Below are positions 42,746 through 54,119 of a stretch of 64,000 nt of DNA, piece after piece. The position numbers and the translations under genes were made by a program. Location of the stretch: contig CAVYTA010000006.1 of NCBI GenBank assembly GCA_963771355.1, positions 288,001 to 352,000 on the forward strand. Reading direction: 5' to 3'. Every line of letters starts with the position of its first letter. Positions within the stretch are counted from its first letter, which is position 1. The notes below the pieces were generated by a model. That model had not been told where the DNA came from. It ran no database searches and saw nothing but the letters and a program-made list of their open reading frames with translations. The stretch comes from an uncultured Candidatus Rokubacteria bacterium (GTDB taxonomy: Bacteria > Methylomirabilota > Methylomirabilia > Rokubacteriales > CSP1-6).

Positions 42746-44581
42746 CTAGCCCAGCGCGCGCTGGGCCCGCAGCGCGTCCACGTCGGCGGGAGACAGCCCG
42801 AGCACCTCGGCCAGCACCTCCGCGGTGTGCTCGCCCGCCAGCGGCGGGGGCGTGGTCGGTGACTCGGAGGCGGACAGGCGCACCGGGCAGCCCGGCAGCC
42901 GGAATCGGCCGCGGGTCTTGTGCTCGATGGTGTGGACCTGGCCGCGCGCATTGAGGTGCGGATCGTCCAGGATCTCGGCGGTGTCCAGCGTGGCGCCGCA
43001 GGGCACGCCGGCCTTGCCCAACGTCTCCATCACCTCGTGCTTGGTGCGGGCGCCCGTCCATTCACGGACCAGGGCGTTCAAGGCGTCGCGGTGCTCCCAG
43101 CGTGACTTCGCGTCCCCGTAGCGCGCATCCGCGAGGAGATCCTCGCGGCCGATGGCGGTGACGAAGTCGCGCCACATGTCGGTGTTCATGGGCTGCACGT
43201 AGATATAGGCGTAGTCGTTCGGCCCGCCGGGCGCGCAGAGGTAGGCGCCGCCGGGCACGCCGCCGGTGATCTCGTTGTCCTTCCGCATGCTGGGCTTCCC
43301 GTCTCGATAGTGGTCGACGTAGCGGCCGCGCAGGAAGTTGGCCACCACCTCCTGCATCGCCACCTCCACGAGCTGGCCCTGGCCGGTACGCTGGCGCTGG
43401 ATATAGGCGGCCATGATGGCGCCCGCGGCGTGGACGCCGGTGCCGGTGTCGCCGATGGCGGCGCCGCAGCGCACGGGCTCACGGTCGGCGAAGCCGGTGA
43501 CGCTCATCACGCCGCCCATGGCCTGGGCGATCATGTCGAAGCTCTTGTACTCGTGATAGGGGCCCGAGAGCCCGAAGCCCTTGATGCGCGCCACGATGAT
43601 GCGGGGGTTCGTGGCCCGGAGCCGCTCGTAGTCCAGCCCCAGCCGCTCCATGAGCCCGGGCGCGAAGTTCTCGACCACCACGTCCGCCTTCTCCACCAGC
43701 TGGAGAAAAAGCTTCTTTCCAGCGGCTTGCTTGAGGTCGATGGTGACGCTGCGCTTGTTGGCGTTGAAGACCAGGAAGAACATCGCGTCGAGCCCGGGCA
43801 CCTCGGGCCGGTTGCGTCGCGACTGCTCGCCGCCCGGCGGCTCGATCTTGAGGATGTCGGCGCCCAGCCACCCCAGGAACTGCGTGCACGTGGTGCCGGC
43901 CTCGAACTGGGTGAGGTCGAGAACCCGCATGCCGCTGAGCGCGCGCTCGGTCATGGCTGTCATCCGCTCGCTGACGATGTAGTGCTTGTTGTAGGTGTAC
44001 GGCCGCACCTCCGGCTTCCAGCGGCCGATGTCCGAGGTGTCGTTCCAGAGCTTGGACATGGGCAGGTCGGTGCGCTCCACCTCGTAGACGCAGAGATAGC
44101 GCGCCTCGCCCGGCGCCTTGGTGCGGTAGCGCACCGCGTTCACCGAGCCGGGCAGCTTCATCAGCAGGGGCAGGTGCTCGTTGTCGTAGAGATCGTTGAA
44201 GAGCGCCTCGCGGTGCGGCTCCACGTCCATCATGACCCAGAACACATAGGGGGTCTTGCCGGTGAGCGCCGCCGCGCCGCCCGCCCACTCGTAGACCGTG
44301 AGGTGGCGGTTCATGGTGTGCGGCCGCACCGCCGTCGGCCAGCGTCCCGCCTCACCGGCCGCCTTGAACGCCGCGCTCTCGATCACGGCGGCGCTGTCCA
44401 GCTCGTACGCGGCGTGGTAGCGCGGATAGGTGGGCGACGGCTGCCGGTGACGGCTGGCCCGGCGCACCCCGGGAACGGCCCGGAGGTTGGGGAGGTGCTC
44501 GCGGTCGTACACGTCGTTGAAAGTGGCCTCGTGGTCGTGGGCCACGTCCATCCGGACCAGGTAGAGCGCGTGCGCCGCCAT
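42746..44581 (-). CDS. Tandem EthD/DUF4286-like domains fused in frame to a family III (CaiB/BaiF, Frc-like) CoA-transferase
   Basis: Two repeats of the type MDV...FNDxYDxEHLP.L..PG, then LSGMRVLDLTQFEAG, NANKRS, ADVVVENFAPG, GDTGTG, PLAGEHT; GGAGG RBS at the 5' end. Confidence 0.8.
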   Translation of the reverse strand: MAAHALYLVRMDVAHDHEATFNDVYDREHLPNLRAVPGVRRASRHRQPSPTYPRYHAAYELDSAAVIESAAFKAAGEAGRWPTAVRPHTMNRHLTVYEWAGGAAALTGKTPYVFWVMMDVEPHREALFNDLYDNEHLPLLMKLPGSVNAVRYRTKAPGEARYLCVYEVERTDLPMSKLWNDTSDIGRWKPEVRPYTYNKHYIVSERMTAMTERALSGMRVLDLTQFEAGTTCTQFLGWLGADILKIEPPGGEQSRRNRPEVPGLDAMFFLVFNANKRSVTIDLKQAAGKKLFLQLVEKADVVVENFAPGLMERLGLDYERLRATNPRIIVARIKGFGLSGPYHEYKSFDMIAQAMGGVMSVTGFADREPVRCGAAIGDTGTGVHAAGAIMAAYIQRQRTGQGQLVEVAMQEVVANFLRGRYVDHYRDGKPSMRKDNEITGGVPGGAYLCAPGGPNDYAYIYVQPMNTDMWRDFVTAIGREDLLADARYGDAKSRWEHRDALNALVREWTGARTKHEVMETLGKAGVPCGATLDTAEILDDPHLNARGQVHTIEHKTRGRFRLPGCPVRLSASESPTTPPPLAGEHTAEVLAEVLGLSPADVDALRAQRALG

Positions 44582-44655
44582 GTAAAACCTCCCGAGGTGC
44601 CGGTCCCTCCGGCCGCCGTCGTTCGGGATTCTACCGGAGTCTCAGGGGTCAAACA

Positions 44656-44679
44656 ATCAAGCGAGCGATCAAGCGAGCG
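44656..44679. repeat. Perfect 12-bp tandem duplication in a divergent promoter region
   Basis: ATCAAGCGAGCG occurs twice in tandem. Confidence 0.85.
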
Positions 44680-44768
44680 ATTCCTCGACCTTATAGGGGC
44701 GAAAATCCGTTTGGTAGGGATCCTGCATCGTAGAGAGTGCGCGACGGTGTCGTCATTGGGAGGAGAGA

Positions 44769-45434
44769 ATGAGCGCCACTGATAGCTTGCAGTTTTTCGA
44801 GAACTACGGCCTGATCATCCTGCCGGCCTTAGCCGTCGCCGAGCAGATCGGCATTCCGATCCCCGCCGTGCCGGCTCTGCTCGCGGTCGGCGCCCTGGCC
44901 GCGGACGGCCGCATCAGCATCCCGTACGTGCTCGGGGCGATGTGCGTGGCGGCCCTGGCCATCGACTTCGCCTGGTATGAGCTCGGCCGCCGTCGCGGGG
45001 CGTGGCTGCTGGCGAGATTCCGCCTGGTGTCCGCCGAGCCGGACGCGTGCGTGCGCCGCGCCGAGAGCATCTTCGCCCGCCACGGCGCCCGGGGCATGCT
45101 CGCCGCGAAGTTCCTCCCCGGACTGACCACGCTCATGCCGCCGCTGGCCGGCGTCTTCGCGGTCTCGCGCGTGCGCTTCGCGCTCTATGACCTCGCGGGC
45201 GTGCTGCTCTGGGCGGGCACGTGGCTGGCGCTGGGCTACTCCTTCAGCGACGCCATCGTCCTGATCGCCGCCCGAGTCACCACGCTCGGCCGGCTGCTCA
45301 GCCTCGTCCTCGTGGCCGCGCTGGCCGCGTACCTCCTGGTCAAGTACGGGCGCCGCTACCTGTTCCAGGCCCTCACGCCACGAGGCCACGCACCACTGAA
45401 GGCGTCTCACGCCGTGAGGCCGCGCTGCCTCTAG
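44769..45434 (+). CDS. DedA/VTT family membrane protein
   Basis: AEQIGIPIPAVP, WYELGRRRG, AKFLPG, PPLAG; GGAGG RBS. Confidence 0.88.
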   Translation: MSATDSLQFFENYGLIILPALAVAEQIGIPIPAVPALLAVGALAADGRISIPYVLGAMCVAALAIDFAWYELGRRRGAWLLARFRLVSAEPDACVRRAESIFARHGARGMLAAKFLPGLTTLMPPLAGVFAVSRVRFALYDLAGVLLWAGTWLALGYSFSDAIVLIAARVTTLGRLLSLVLVAALAAYLLVKYGRRYLFQALTPRGHAPLKASHAVRPRCL

Positions 45435-45458
45435 CCGCGCCGTGCTAGGCTCGGGACG

Positions 45459-47285
45459 ATGGCGAATCGCTACGCGCCGATCGGCGACTACGGCGTCATC
45501 GGCGACCTCTATACCGTCGCCCTGGTGGGCATGGACGGCTCCATCGACTTCCTCTGCCTGCCCCACTTCGACTCTCCGTCGGTCTTCGCCGCCCTCGTCG
45601 ACGCGGAGCGCGGCGGCCGCTTCCAGATTGCGCCGATCCTGGAGGGCGCCGCGCGCAAGCAGCTCTATCTGCCGGACACCAACGTCCTGCTGACGCGGTT
45701 CCTCGACGCTGACGGCGTCGCCGAGCTGTCCGACTTCATGCCGGTGGAGGACGCGGGACAGGCGCACAACCTCGTGCGGCGGGCGAAGACGGTGCGGGGC
45801 GAGGTGCGCTTCCAGATGCGCTGCGAGCCGCGCTTCGACTATGCGCGCGCCACCCACACCGCCGAGCGCCGGAGCGAGACCGAGGTGCTCTTCGTCGGGC
45901 GGTCCGGTGACCGCGAGCTGGTGCTGCGGCTGCGGTCGTCGGTCCCGATGCGTCTCGAGAACGGCGCGGCGCTGGCCGAGTTCACGCTGGGCGCCGACAC
46001 CTCGGCCTGGTTCGTCCTCGAGGTGGTGCTCCCCCAGGAGCCGTCGCCCTCGGAGCAGCCCGACTACCCGAGTGACGCCTTCAAGCGGACGGTGAACTTC
46101 TGGCGCCGCTGGGTCGCGCGCAGCACCTACGCGGGCCGCTGGCGGGAGACGGTGAACCGCTCGGCATTGACCCTGAAGCTGCTCACCTCGCGGCAGCACG
46201 GCTCGATCATCGCCGCCCCGACCTTCGGCCTCCCCGAGACGATCGGGGGCGGGCGCAACTGGGACTATCGCTACACCTGGCTCCGCGACTCGTCATTCAC
46301 TCTCTACGGGCTGATGCGCCTCGGCTACACGGACGAGGCGGCCGCCTTCATGCGCTGGGTGATGGCCCGCTGCGAGGAGCTCGCGCCAGACGGCTCGCTC
46401 CAGGTCATGTACGGGCTCGACGGCCGTCACTCGCTGCCCGAGGAGGTCTTGCCCCACCTCGAGGGTTACATGGCGTCCAGTCCGGTGCGCATCGGCAACG
46501 CCGCCTTCGACAACCTGCAGCTCGACATCTACGGCGAGCTGATGGACTCCGTCTACCTCTACGACAAGTACGGCTCTCCCATCGGGTACGACGCCTGGGC
46601 CGCCATCCTGCGGCTGATGGACTGGGTCTGCGCGAACTGGCGTCAGCCGGACGAGGGGATCTGGGAGGTGCGCGGCGGACGTCAGGAGTTCCTGTTCTCG
46701 CGGGTCATGTGCTGGGTGGCCGTCGACCGTGCCATCCGGCTCGCCACCAAGCGCTCGTTCCCCGCCCCCCTGGCTCGCTGGTACGAGACGCGGGACACGA
46801 TCTACGGGGACATCTTCACCCGCTTCTGGGACCCGACCCGGCGCGCGTTCATCCAGCATGCGGGCGCCACCACGCTGGATGCCGCGACCCTGCTGATGCC
46901 GCTGGTCCGCTTCGTGTCTCCCACCGATCCGCGGTGGATCTCGACACTGCGCGCGATCGAGGCCGAGCTGGTGAGTGACTCGCTGGTCTATCGCTACCGC
47001 CTCACCGGCGGATTCTCCGACGGGCTCACCGGAGAGGAAGGCACCTTCTCGATGTGCTCGTTCTGGTACGTCGAGTGCCTCTCCCGCATGGGGGATCTGC
47101 ACCAGGCCCGCCTCGTCTTCGAGAAGATGCTGGGCTACGCCAATCACCTGGGGTTGTACGGCGAGGAGCTGGGGCCGCAGGGGCAGCATCTCGGCAACTT
47201 CCCCCAGGCGTTCACGCACCTCGCGCTCATCAGCGCCGCCTTCGATCTCGACCGGCGGCTCTCGGTCGCGGGCCACGCCGGCTGA
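45459..47285 (+). CDS. Glycoside hydrolase family 15 (trehalase/glucoamylase-like)
   Basis: IGDYGVIGD, RNWDYRYTWLRD, QLDIYGE, GIWEVRG, EGTFSMCSFW, GNFPQAFTH. Confidence 0.93.
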   Translation: MANRYAPIGDYGVIGDLYTVALVGMDGSIDFLCLPHFDSPSVFAALVDAERGGRFQIAPILEGAARKQLYLPDTNVLLTRFLDADGVAELSDFMPVEDAGQAHNLVRRAKTVRGEVRFQMRCEPRFDYARATHTAERRSETEVLFVGRSGDRELVLRLRSSVPMRLENGAALAEFTLGADTSAWFVLEVVLPQEPSPSEQPDYPSDAFKRTVNFWRRWVARSTYAGRWRETVNRSALTLKLLTSRQHGSIIAAPTFGLPETIGGGRNWDYRYTWLRDSSFTLYGLMRLGYTDEAAAFMRWVMARCEELAPDGSLQVMYGLDGRHSLPEEVLPHLEGYMASSPVRIGNAAFDNLQLDIYGELMDSVYLYDKYGSPIGYDAWAAILRLMDWVCANWRQPDEGIWEVRGGRQEFLFSRVMCWVAVDRAIRLATKRSFPAPLARWYETRDTIYGDIFTRFWDPTRRAFIQHAGATTLDAATLLMPLVRFVSPTDPRWISTLRAIEAELVSDSLVYRYRLTGGFSDGLTGEEGTFSMCSFWYVECLSRMGDLHQARLVFEKMLGYANHLGLYGEELGPQGQHLGNFPQAFTHLALISAAFDLDRRLSVAGHAG

Positions 47286-47310
47286 TCTCACCCGCCGCGG
47301 CCGCTAGCGT

Positions 47311-48681
47311 TCACGGCACCCAACCGAGCAGCCGCCACCACAGATAGTCGAGAGGCATCAGCACCAGCACCGTCACCGCCGCTAGCGCCAGCGTCATCTT
47401 CGTCGCGTCGGCGAAGCGAACCTCGCCGAGCGCCATCGCCACTACCAGGGGCGGCCCCTGATAGGGGAAGAGCAGCGTCGAGAAGCTCAACACCTGCACC
47501 ATCAGCACCGTCTCCACCGGCAGCCCCGCCGCGCGCGCAAAGTCATCGGCCAAGGGCGCCAGCACCGCCGGCACCGCCGGGATGGTGACGACGGCGCTGA
47601 GCGCCATGCCGGCCATGGCGAGCGTGGCGAAGCCTCGGGCGGGCGCGGCGGCGTCGAGCGGCAGGACCGCCATCATCCCCGCCGCCAGCGCGTCGCCCAG
47701 CCCCGGGGCGGCCACCAGGGCCGCGAAGCCGAGAATGCCGGCGATATAGAGAACAGGTCCCCAGTTCATGTCCGCGAACGCTTTTTGGGGCATGATGCCC
47801 AGCGGCGGAAAGAGGCAGAGCACGGCGGCGGCCAGCCCGACCCAGGCCGGCGACACCTGGTGCGCGAAATCCGTCGCCCAAAACGCCAAGGCCAGCGCCA
47901 GCACGATGGCGAGCCGCCGTTCGTCGCGCTTCATTGCGGGGCGCGTCGGCGCCGGCGGTGGTGTCGTGGAGCGGTCGGGAAAGAACCACAGGATCAGTGC
48001 CGCGATGGCCGCCGCCTTGCCGAGCCCCAGCACCGGAAAATGCAGCAACAGGTAAGTGCCATAGGTCAGGCGCAGGCCATATTGCTGTTCCGCCGCCCCC
48101 GCCAGCACCAGGTTCGCCACATTCGCGGTCAGAATGCCGAACGCAGGAACGAAGCACCCCATCCCGGCGGCGAGCGCGATGCCGGTGCGGCCATTGCGGC
48201 CGGGGGCGAAGCCGAAGCGGTCGGCGATCGCCATGGCGATGGGCATCAGCAGCATGACGCGCCCCAACGCCGCCGGCATGACGAAGGCGAGCAGCGTCCC
48301 CACCGCCACCAGACCGACGATCACCGCGCCGTAGCGGCTGCCGAACCAACCGGTCAGCCGCTGCGCCAGCCTTTGGCCAAGCCCGGTGCGGTTGACCGCC
48401 ATGCCGATGACGACGCCGGCGAAGACCAGCCAGAACGCCGTCGAGGCGAAGCCGCTGAAAACGGTGGCCGGAGGCGCCAGGCGGGCGAGCACGGCGACCA
48501 GGAAGAACAGCAGCGCCGGCAAGTATTCCGGCACCACGCCCGTGGCCCACAAGCCGATGACGAGCAGCCCCAGTCCGGCGGTCCCCGCCGCTTCCCGGCT
48601 CATCCCCAGTGGTTGAGCGAGCACCACCGCCAGCGCCACCAAGGTTGTGGCCGCGACCACAAGCCACGGCCAGCGGCTCAC
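47311..48681 (-). CDS. SLC13/DASS family anion permease
   Basis: Highly hydrophobic; FSGFASTAFWLVF, LTANVANLV, FPYQGPP. Confidence 0.85.
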   Translation of the reverse strand: MSRWPWLVVAATTLVALAVVLAQPLGMSREAAGTAGLGLLVIGLWATGVVPEYLPALLFFLVAVLARLAPPATVFSGFASTAFWLVFAGVVIGMAVNRTGLGQRLAQRLTGWFGSRYGAVIVGLVAVGTLLAFVMPAALGRVMLLMPIAMAIADRFGFAPGRNGRTGIALAAGMGCFVPAFGILTANVANLVLAGAAEQQYGLRLTYGTYLLLHFPVLGLGKAAAIAALILWFFPDRSTTPPPAPTRPAMKRDERRLAIVLALALAFWATDFAHQVSPAWVGLAAAVLCLFPPLGIMPQKAFADMNWGPVLYIAGILGFAALVAAPGLGDALAAGMMAVLPLDAAAPARGFATLAMAGMALSAVVTIPAVPAVLAPLADDFARAAGLPVETVLMVQVLSFSTLLFPYQGPPLVVAMALGEVRFADATKMTLALAAVTVLVLMPLDYLWWRLLGWVP

Positions 48682-48721
48682 CGGCAGTGGGGAGCGGCAG
48701 ACGCCGATGCGGTGCTCACGC

Positions 48722-49669
48722 TCACGGCCGGTCGACGTACAACGCCGCGCGATGCGTGGCGGGCAGGAACGCGCCCACGAGCTGCCGCCCGGGGTCGAAT
48801 GCCAGCGTGTGCGCGCCGGCCTCGGTCGACACTGTCTCGTGCCGCCGCAGCGGCGCCGTGTCGAAGACCTCGATCACGCCGGGGTCCCCGATCGCCACGT
48901 AGACGCGCCCCCGCGCCGAGTTGAAGAACACCACGTCCGGCACGCCCGCGAGCGCCGCCGTGGCCACGACGCCGCCCGTGTCGGCGTCGAGCTCGACGAG
49001 GACGCCGGCATCGCAGGCGCAGAACAGCCGCCGCCGGGCGACGTCGAGGTCGAGGCCGTGCGGCCCCGCGTGCGGTACGCTCACTACGCGGCGGATGCGG
49101 ACCGGGTGGGCGGACTCGACGACCACGATCTGCGGCGGGTCGGCGATGTTGACGTGGAAGGCGTCCGCGCCCGGGTCGAACACCGCCCACCGCGTCCGTC
49201 CCGCCACCGGCACATCGGCAAGGCGCCGGCGTTCGGCGACATCGACGATCGAGACCGTGTACGAACCCGCGATGGCAGGGTCGCCGACATGCGCCGACAG
49301 GAGGCGCCGCCGGCCCGGATCGTACGCGAGCCCATTCGGGCGCCGGCCAACGCTGACCTTCTCCACCTCCCCGCCGGTTGGCGTGAAGATCCCGATCGTG
49401 TCCTCGCCCCGGTTCGAGGTGAAGACGAGGTCGGGCGCCTCCGCAACGAGCGCGCCGGCCACCGCCGCCAGCCCGGAGATCGAGCCGACGTACGTCCGTG
49501 CGACGAGATCGATCACGTCGATGGCGTCGTTCGCGGTGTGCGCGACGTAGCACCGCCCGGTCGCGGGATGAACCGCGGCGTGGTCGAACCCGCCGCCACC
49601 CACGTGCGAAGGAAGGTCGACGAAGCCTAGGAGCTCGAGTGGCACGTCAGCGCCCGCCGGCGCCGGCAT
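48722..49669 (-). CDS. YncE-like beta-propeller protein
   Basis: GGFDHAAV, YVAHTANDAIDVID, repeated PNGLAYDP / PHGLDLD / AHTLAFDP blades. Confidence 0.82.
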   Translation of the reverse strand: MPAPAGADVPLELLGFVDLPSHVGGGGFDHAAVHPATGRCYVAHTANDAIDVIDLVARTYVGSISGLAAVAGALVAEAPDLVFTSNRGEDTIGIFTPTGGEVEKVSVGRRPNGLAYDPGRRRLLSAHVGDPAIAGSYTVSIVDVAERRRLADVPVAGRTRWAVFDPGADAFHVNIADPPQIVVVESAHPVRIRRVVSVPHAGPHGLDLDVARRRLFCACDAGVLVELDADTGGVVATAALAGVPDVVFFNSARGRVYVAIGDPGVIEVFDTAPLRRHETVSTEAGAHTLAFDPGRQLVGAFLPATHRAALYVDRP

Positions 49670-49729
49670 ACGGTGAAGGGGCAGCCCCTCGCATCACGTA
49701 CGGACCAAGCTTGTTCATATGTACCCAGA

Positions 49730-49757
49730 TGAAACAGTAGTTTCAATACCATGTCAA
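49730..49757 (-). promoter_or_regulatory. -35 element with a palindromic operator over the -10 region, upstream of the beta-propeller gene
   Basis: TTGACA (49757-49752) and perfect dyad TGAAAC-N4-GTTTCA (49730-49745) in an AT-rich patch. Confidence 0.55.
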
Positions 49758-49787
49758 TACGGTTGTGCCTTGAACCTGGGCTGATTC

Positions 49788-50537
49788 TCACCCGGCGCGG
49801 CCGAATCCCGCGGTCAGGTAGTCCCGGTTCATCCGGGTGATGACGCCGAGGCCGATGCCCTTGGGGCAGACGGCCTCGCACTCGCCGTGGAGCGAGCACC
49901 CGCCGAAGCCCTCGCGGTCGGCCGCGGCCACCATGGCGCGCCCGCGCCGCGCGCGCTCGGGCTGCCCCTGAGGCAAGAGCCCGAGGTGGGTGAGCTTGGC
50001 GCCCACGAAGAGCGAGGCGGAGCCATTGGGGCAGGCGGCGACGCAGGCGCCGCAGCCGATGCACTCGGCCGCGTCCAGGGCGCGCTCGGCGTCCTCGCGC
50101 CGCACCGGGATCGTATTGGCCTCGGGCGCGCTGCCGGCGCGCACGGAGATGTAGCCGCCCGCCTGTATCACCCCGTCCAGCGCGCGCCGGTCCACGACCA
50201 GGTCGCGCACGAGGGGGAAGGCGCCCGTGCAGAAAGGCTCCAGCGTGATGGTGGCGCCGTCGCGGAAGGCCCGCATGGGCAGGAGGCAGGTGGTGGTGCC
50301 TGGGAGGGGTCCGTGCGGGCGGCCATCCACCACGATGCCGCAGGCTCCGCATATCCCCTCGCGGCAATCGCTGTCGAAGGCGACCGGCGGCTCCCCGGTC
50401 GCGGCCAGCTCCTCGTTGAGGCGGTCGAGGACCTCGAGGAGGGTCATCTCGGGGCGCACGTCCTCGATCGGGTAGCGGACGAAGCCCCCCGCCTCGCGCG
50501 GATTGCGCTGCCGCCAGATCCGGAGCGCGACCTTCAT
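49788..50537 (-). CDS. sdhB: Succinate dehydrogenase/fumarate reductase iron-sulfur subunit
   Basis: DCREGICGAC, CIGCGACVAACP, CSLHGECEAVCP. Confidence 0.93.
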   Translation of the reverse strand: MKVALRIWRQRNPREAGGFVRYPIEDVRPEMTLLEVLDRLNEELAATGEPPVAFDSDCREGICGACGIVVDGRPHGPLPGTTTCLLPMRAFRDGATITLEPFCTGAFPLVRDLVVDRRALDGVIQAGGYISVRAGSAPEANTIPVRREDAERALDAAECIGCGACVAACPNGSASLFVGAKLTHLGLLPQGQPERARRGRAMVAAADREGFGGCSLHGECEAVCPKGIGLGVITRMNRDYLTAGFGRAG

Positions 50538-50544
50538 GACGGCC

Positions 50545-52457
<1,913 letters not shown>

Positions 52458-52461
<4 letters not shown>

Positions 52462-53126
52462 CGCAGCCATCCCGCGAGCACGGCCAGCGGCACGGCGGCG
52501 AAGCCCAGCGCGACCGCCGCCGACACCGCCGCCACCGCCGGGCGGCGCCGCCGGCCCGCGCCGTCGGGCCAGACACCCAGGCTCCGCCCGGCCGCCCAGA
52601 GGCCGTGGAAGAGGTGAAGGCCCAGCAGCAGCGCGGCGCCCGCGTAGATCAGGGCGACCGCGGGCGAGCGCAGGCCGAGCACCACATTGGCGTAGACGTG
52701 ACCCGGGAGGAAGCCGGGGTGGCCGACGCCCCACGTGAGGTGGAGCAGGTGGTAGACGATGAAGGCGAGCAGCAGCGCGCCGCCTACCCGCATGCTCCGG
52801 GCGGCCCAGCCCTCGGCCCGATGTGCCGCCCCGCGCGCAGACCGCGCCTGGCGCCGCGGTCGCGCCGCCCGGTCGGCGCGCGTGAGCGACACCACGCCGG
52901 CCACGTGGACGACCGCCGCGGCGGCGAGGCCGAGCCGCACCGCCCACAGGGCCAGGGGTATGCGCCGCAGGGCGGCCGCGTAGCCGTCCGCGGCCTCCGG
53001 CCCCGAGAACACCGTGAGGTTCCCTGCCACGTGGAGGACCACCCAGAGCCAGAGGAGCAGCCCGGAGGCCGCCACCAGGGCCTTCCGGCCGACCGTCGAG
53101 CGCCAGAGCCCGAGGAGCGTGTCCAT
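52458..53126 (-). CDS. sdhC: Succinate dehydrogenase cytochrome b subunit (single 5-TM type)
   Basis: STVGRK, LHVAGN, VVHV, YHLLH, LHLFHG heme-ligand histidines. Confidence 0.88.
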
Positions 53127-53185
53127 GGCGTCATGGTGCCTGCCCGGCCATTCATCAGCCACATGCATTCGCGATCGGTCATGAT

Positions 53186-53198
53186 TAAGGTAAACTTA
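53186..53198. promoter_or_regulatory. LysR T-N11-A box
   Basis: TAAG-GTAAA-CTTA inside a larger dyad GGTCAT...ATGACC, between divergent sdhC and the LysR gene. Confidence 0.7.
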
Positions 53199-53201
53199 TG
53201 A

Positions 53202-54119
53202 ATGACCATGCACGTGGAGACCCTCAAGACCTTCTGCGACCTGGTGGAGACGGGCAGCCTCTCGCGCGCCGCCCGCTTGAACCTCGTGTCGCAGTCCGCG
53301 GTGAGCCAGCAGCTCCGCGCGCTCGAGCGGCGCTACGGGCGGCGGCTCATCGAGCGCGCGCCGCGCATCGGCGCGCGGGCCACCGAGGCCGGGCGGCTGC
53401 TCTACGAGGAGGTCAAGCCGCTGCTCGATCGGCTGGGCACGCTCGAGCAGCGCCTGCGGGCGCGGCCGGACGTGGTGGCGGGGACGGTGCGGGTGGCGAC
53501 GGTGTACAGCGTGGGGCTACACACCCTGCCGCCCACCATCAAGCGGTGCCTCGCCGAACATCCCGAGGTCAACGTGCGCCTCTCGTACCGGCGCACCAAC
53601 GAGGTGTACGCGGCCTGTCTGGACGGCGAGGTGGACTTCGGCATCGTGGCGGTGCCGACGCGCCGGCCCGGGCTCGAGATCGCGCCGCTGGGCCACGACG
53701 AGCTGGTCATCGCGGCGCCGCCCAGCCATCCCATCGCGCGGCGGGCGCGCTGTCCGCTCGCCGCCCTCGACGGCCAGCCCTTCATCGGCTTCGACCGTGA
53801 CATTCCCACGCGCCGCCTGGTCGACAGCCTGCTGCGCCGTCACGGCGTGCGCGTCAGCTACACCATGGAGCTCGACAATATCGAGACGATCAAGCGCTCG
53901 GTCGAGGCCGGCCTGGGCCTCTCGCTCCTGCCCGCGCCCACCCTCGTCGCCGAGGTGCGCGCGCGCAGCCTGGTGGCCCGCCCGCCCGCCGAGGGCCCCT
54001 TTCGGCGGCCCATCGGGGTGATCTACCGGCGCACACGAGAGATGTCCGCGGCGGGCCGGGCCTTCCTCGCCCTGCTGACCTCCGAACTGGGCTCGCTCCG
54101 CGCGCCTAGGCGCCGATAG
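53202..54119 (+). CDS. LysR family transcriptional regulator, divergent from sdhCAB
   Basis: TFCDLVETGSLSRAARLNLVSQSAVSQQL, DNIETIKRSVEAGLG. Confidence 0.92.
   Translation: MTMHVETLKTFCDLVETGSLSRAARLNLVSQSAVSQQLRALERRYGRRLIERAPRIGARATEAGRLLYEEVKPLLDRLGTLEQRLRARPDVVAGTVRVATVYSVGLHTLPPTIKRCLAEHPEVNVRLSYRRTNEVYAACLDGEVDFGIVAVPTRRPGLEIAPLGHDELVIAAPPSHPIARRARCPLAALDGQPFIGFDRDIPTRRLVDSLLRRHGVRVSYTMELDNIETIKRSVEAGLGLSLLPAPTLVAEVRARSLVARPPAEGPFRRPIGVIYRRTREMSAAGRAFLALLTSELGSLRAPRRR

Noticed and set aside
45350..45434. DedA tail as a truncated DedA-rhodanese fusion
   Set aside because: Plausible, but I see no rhodanese remnant and stand-alone DedA proteins are common.
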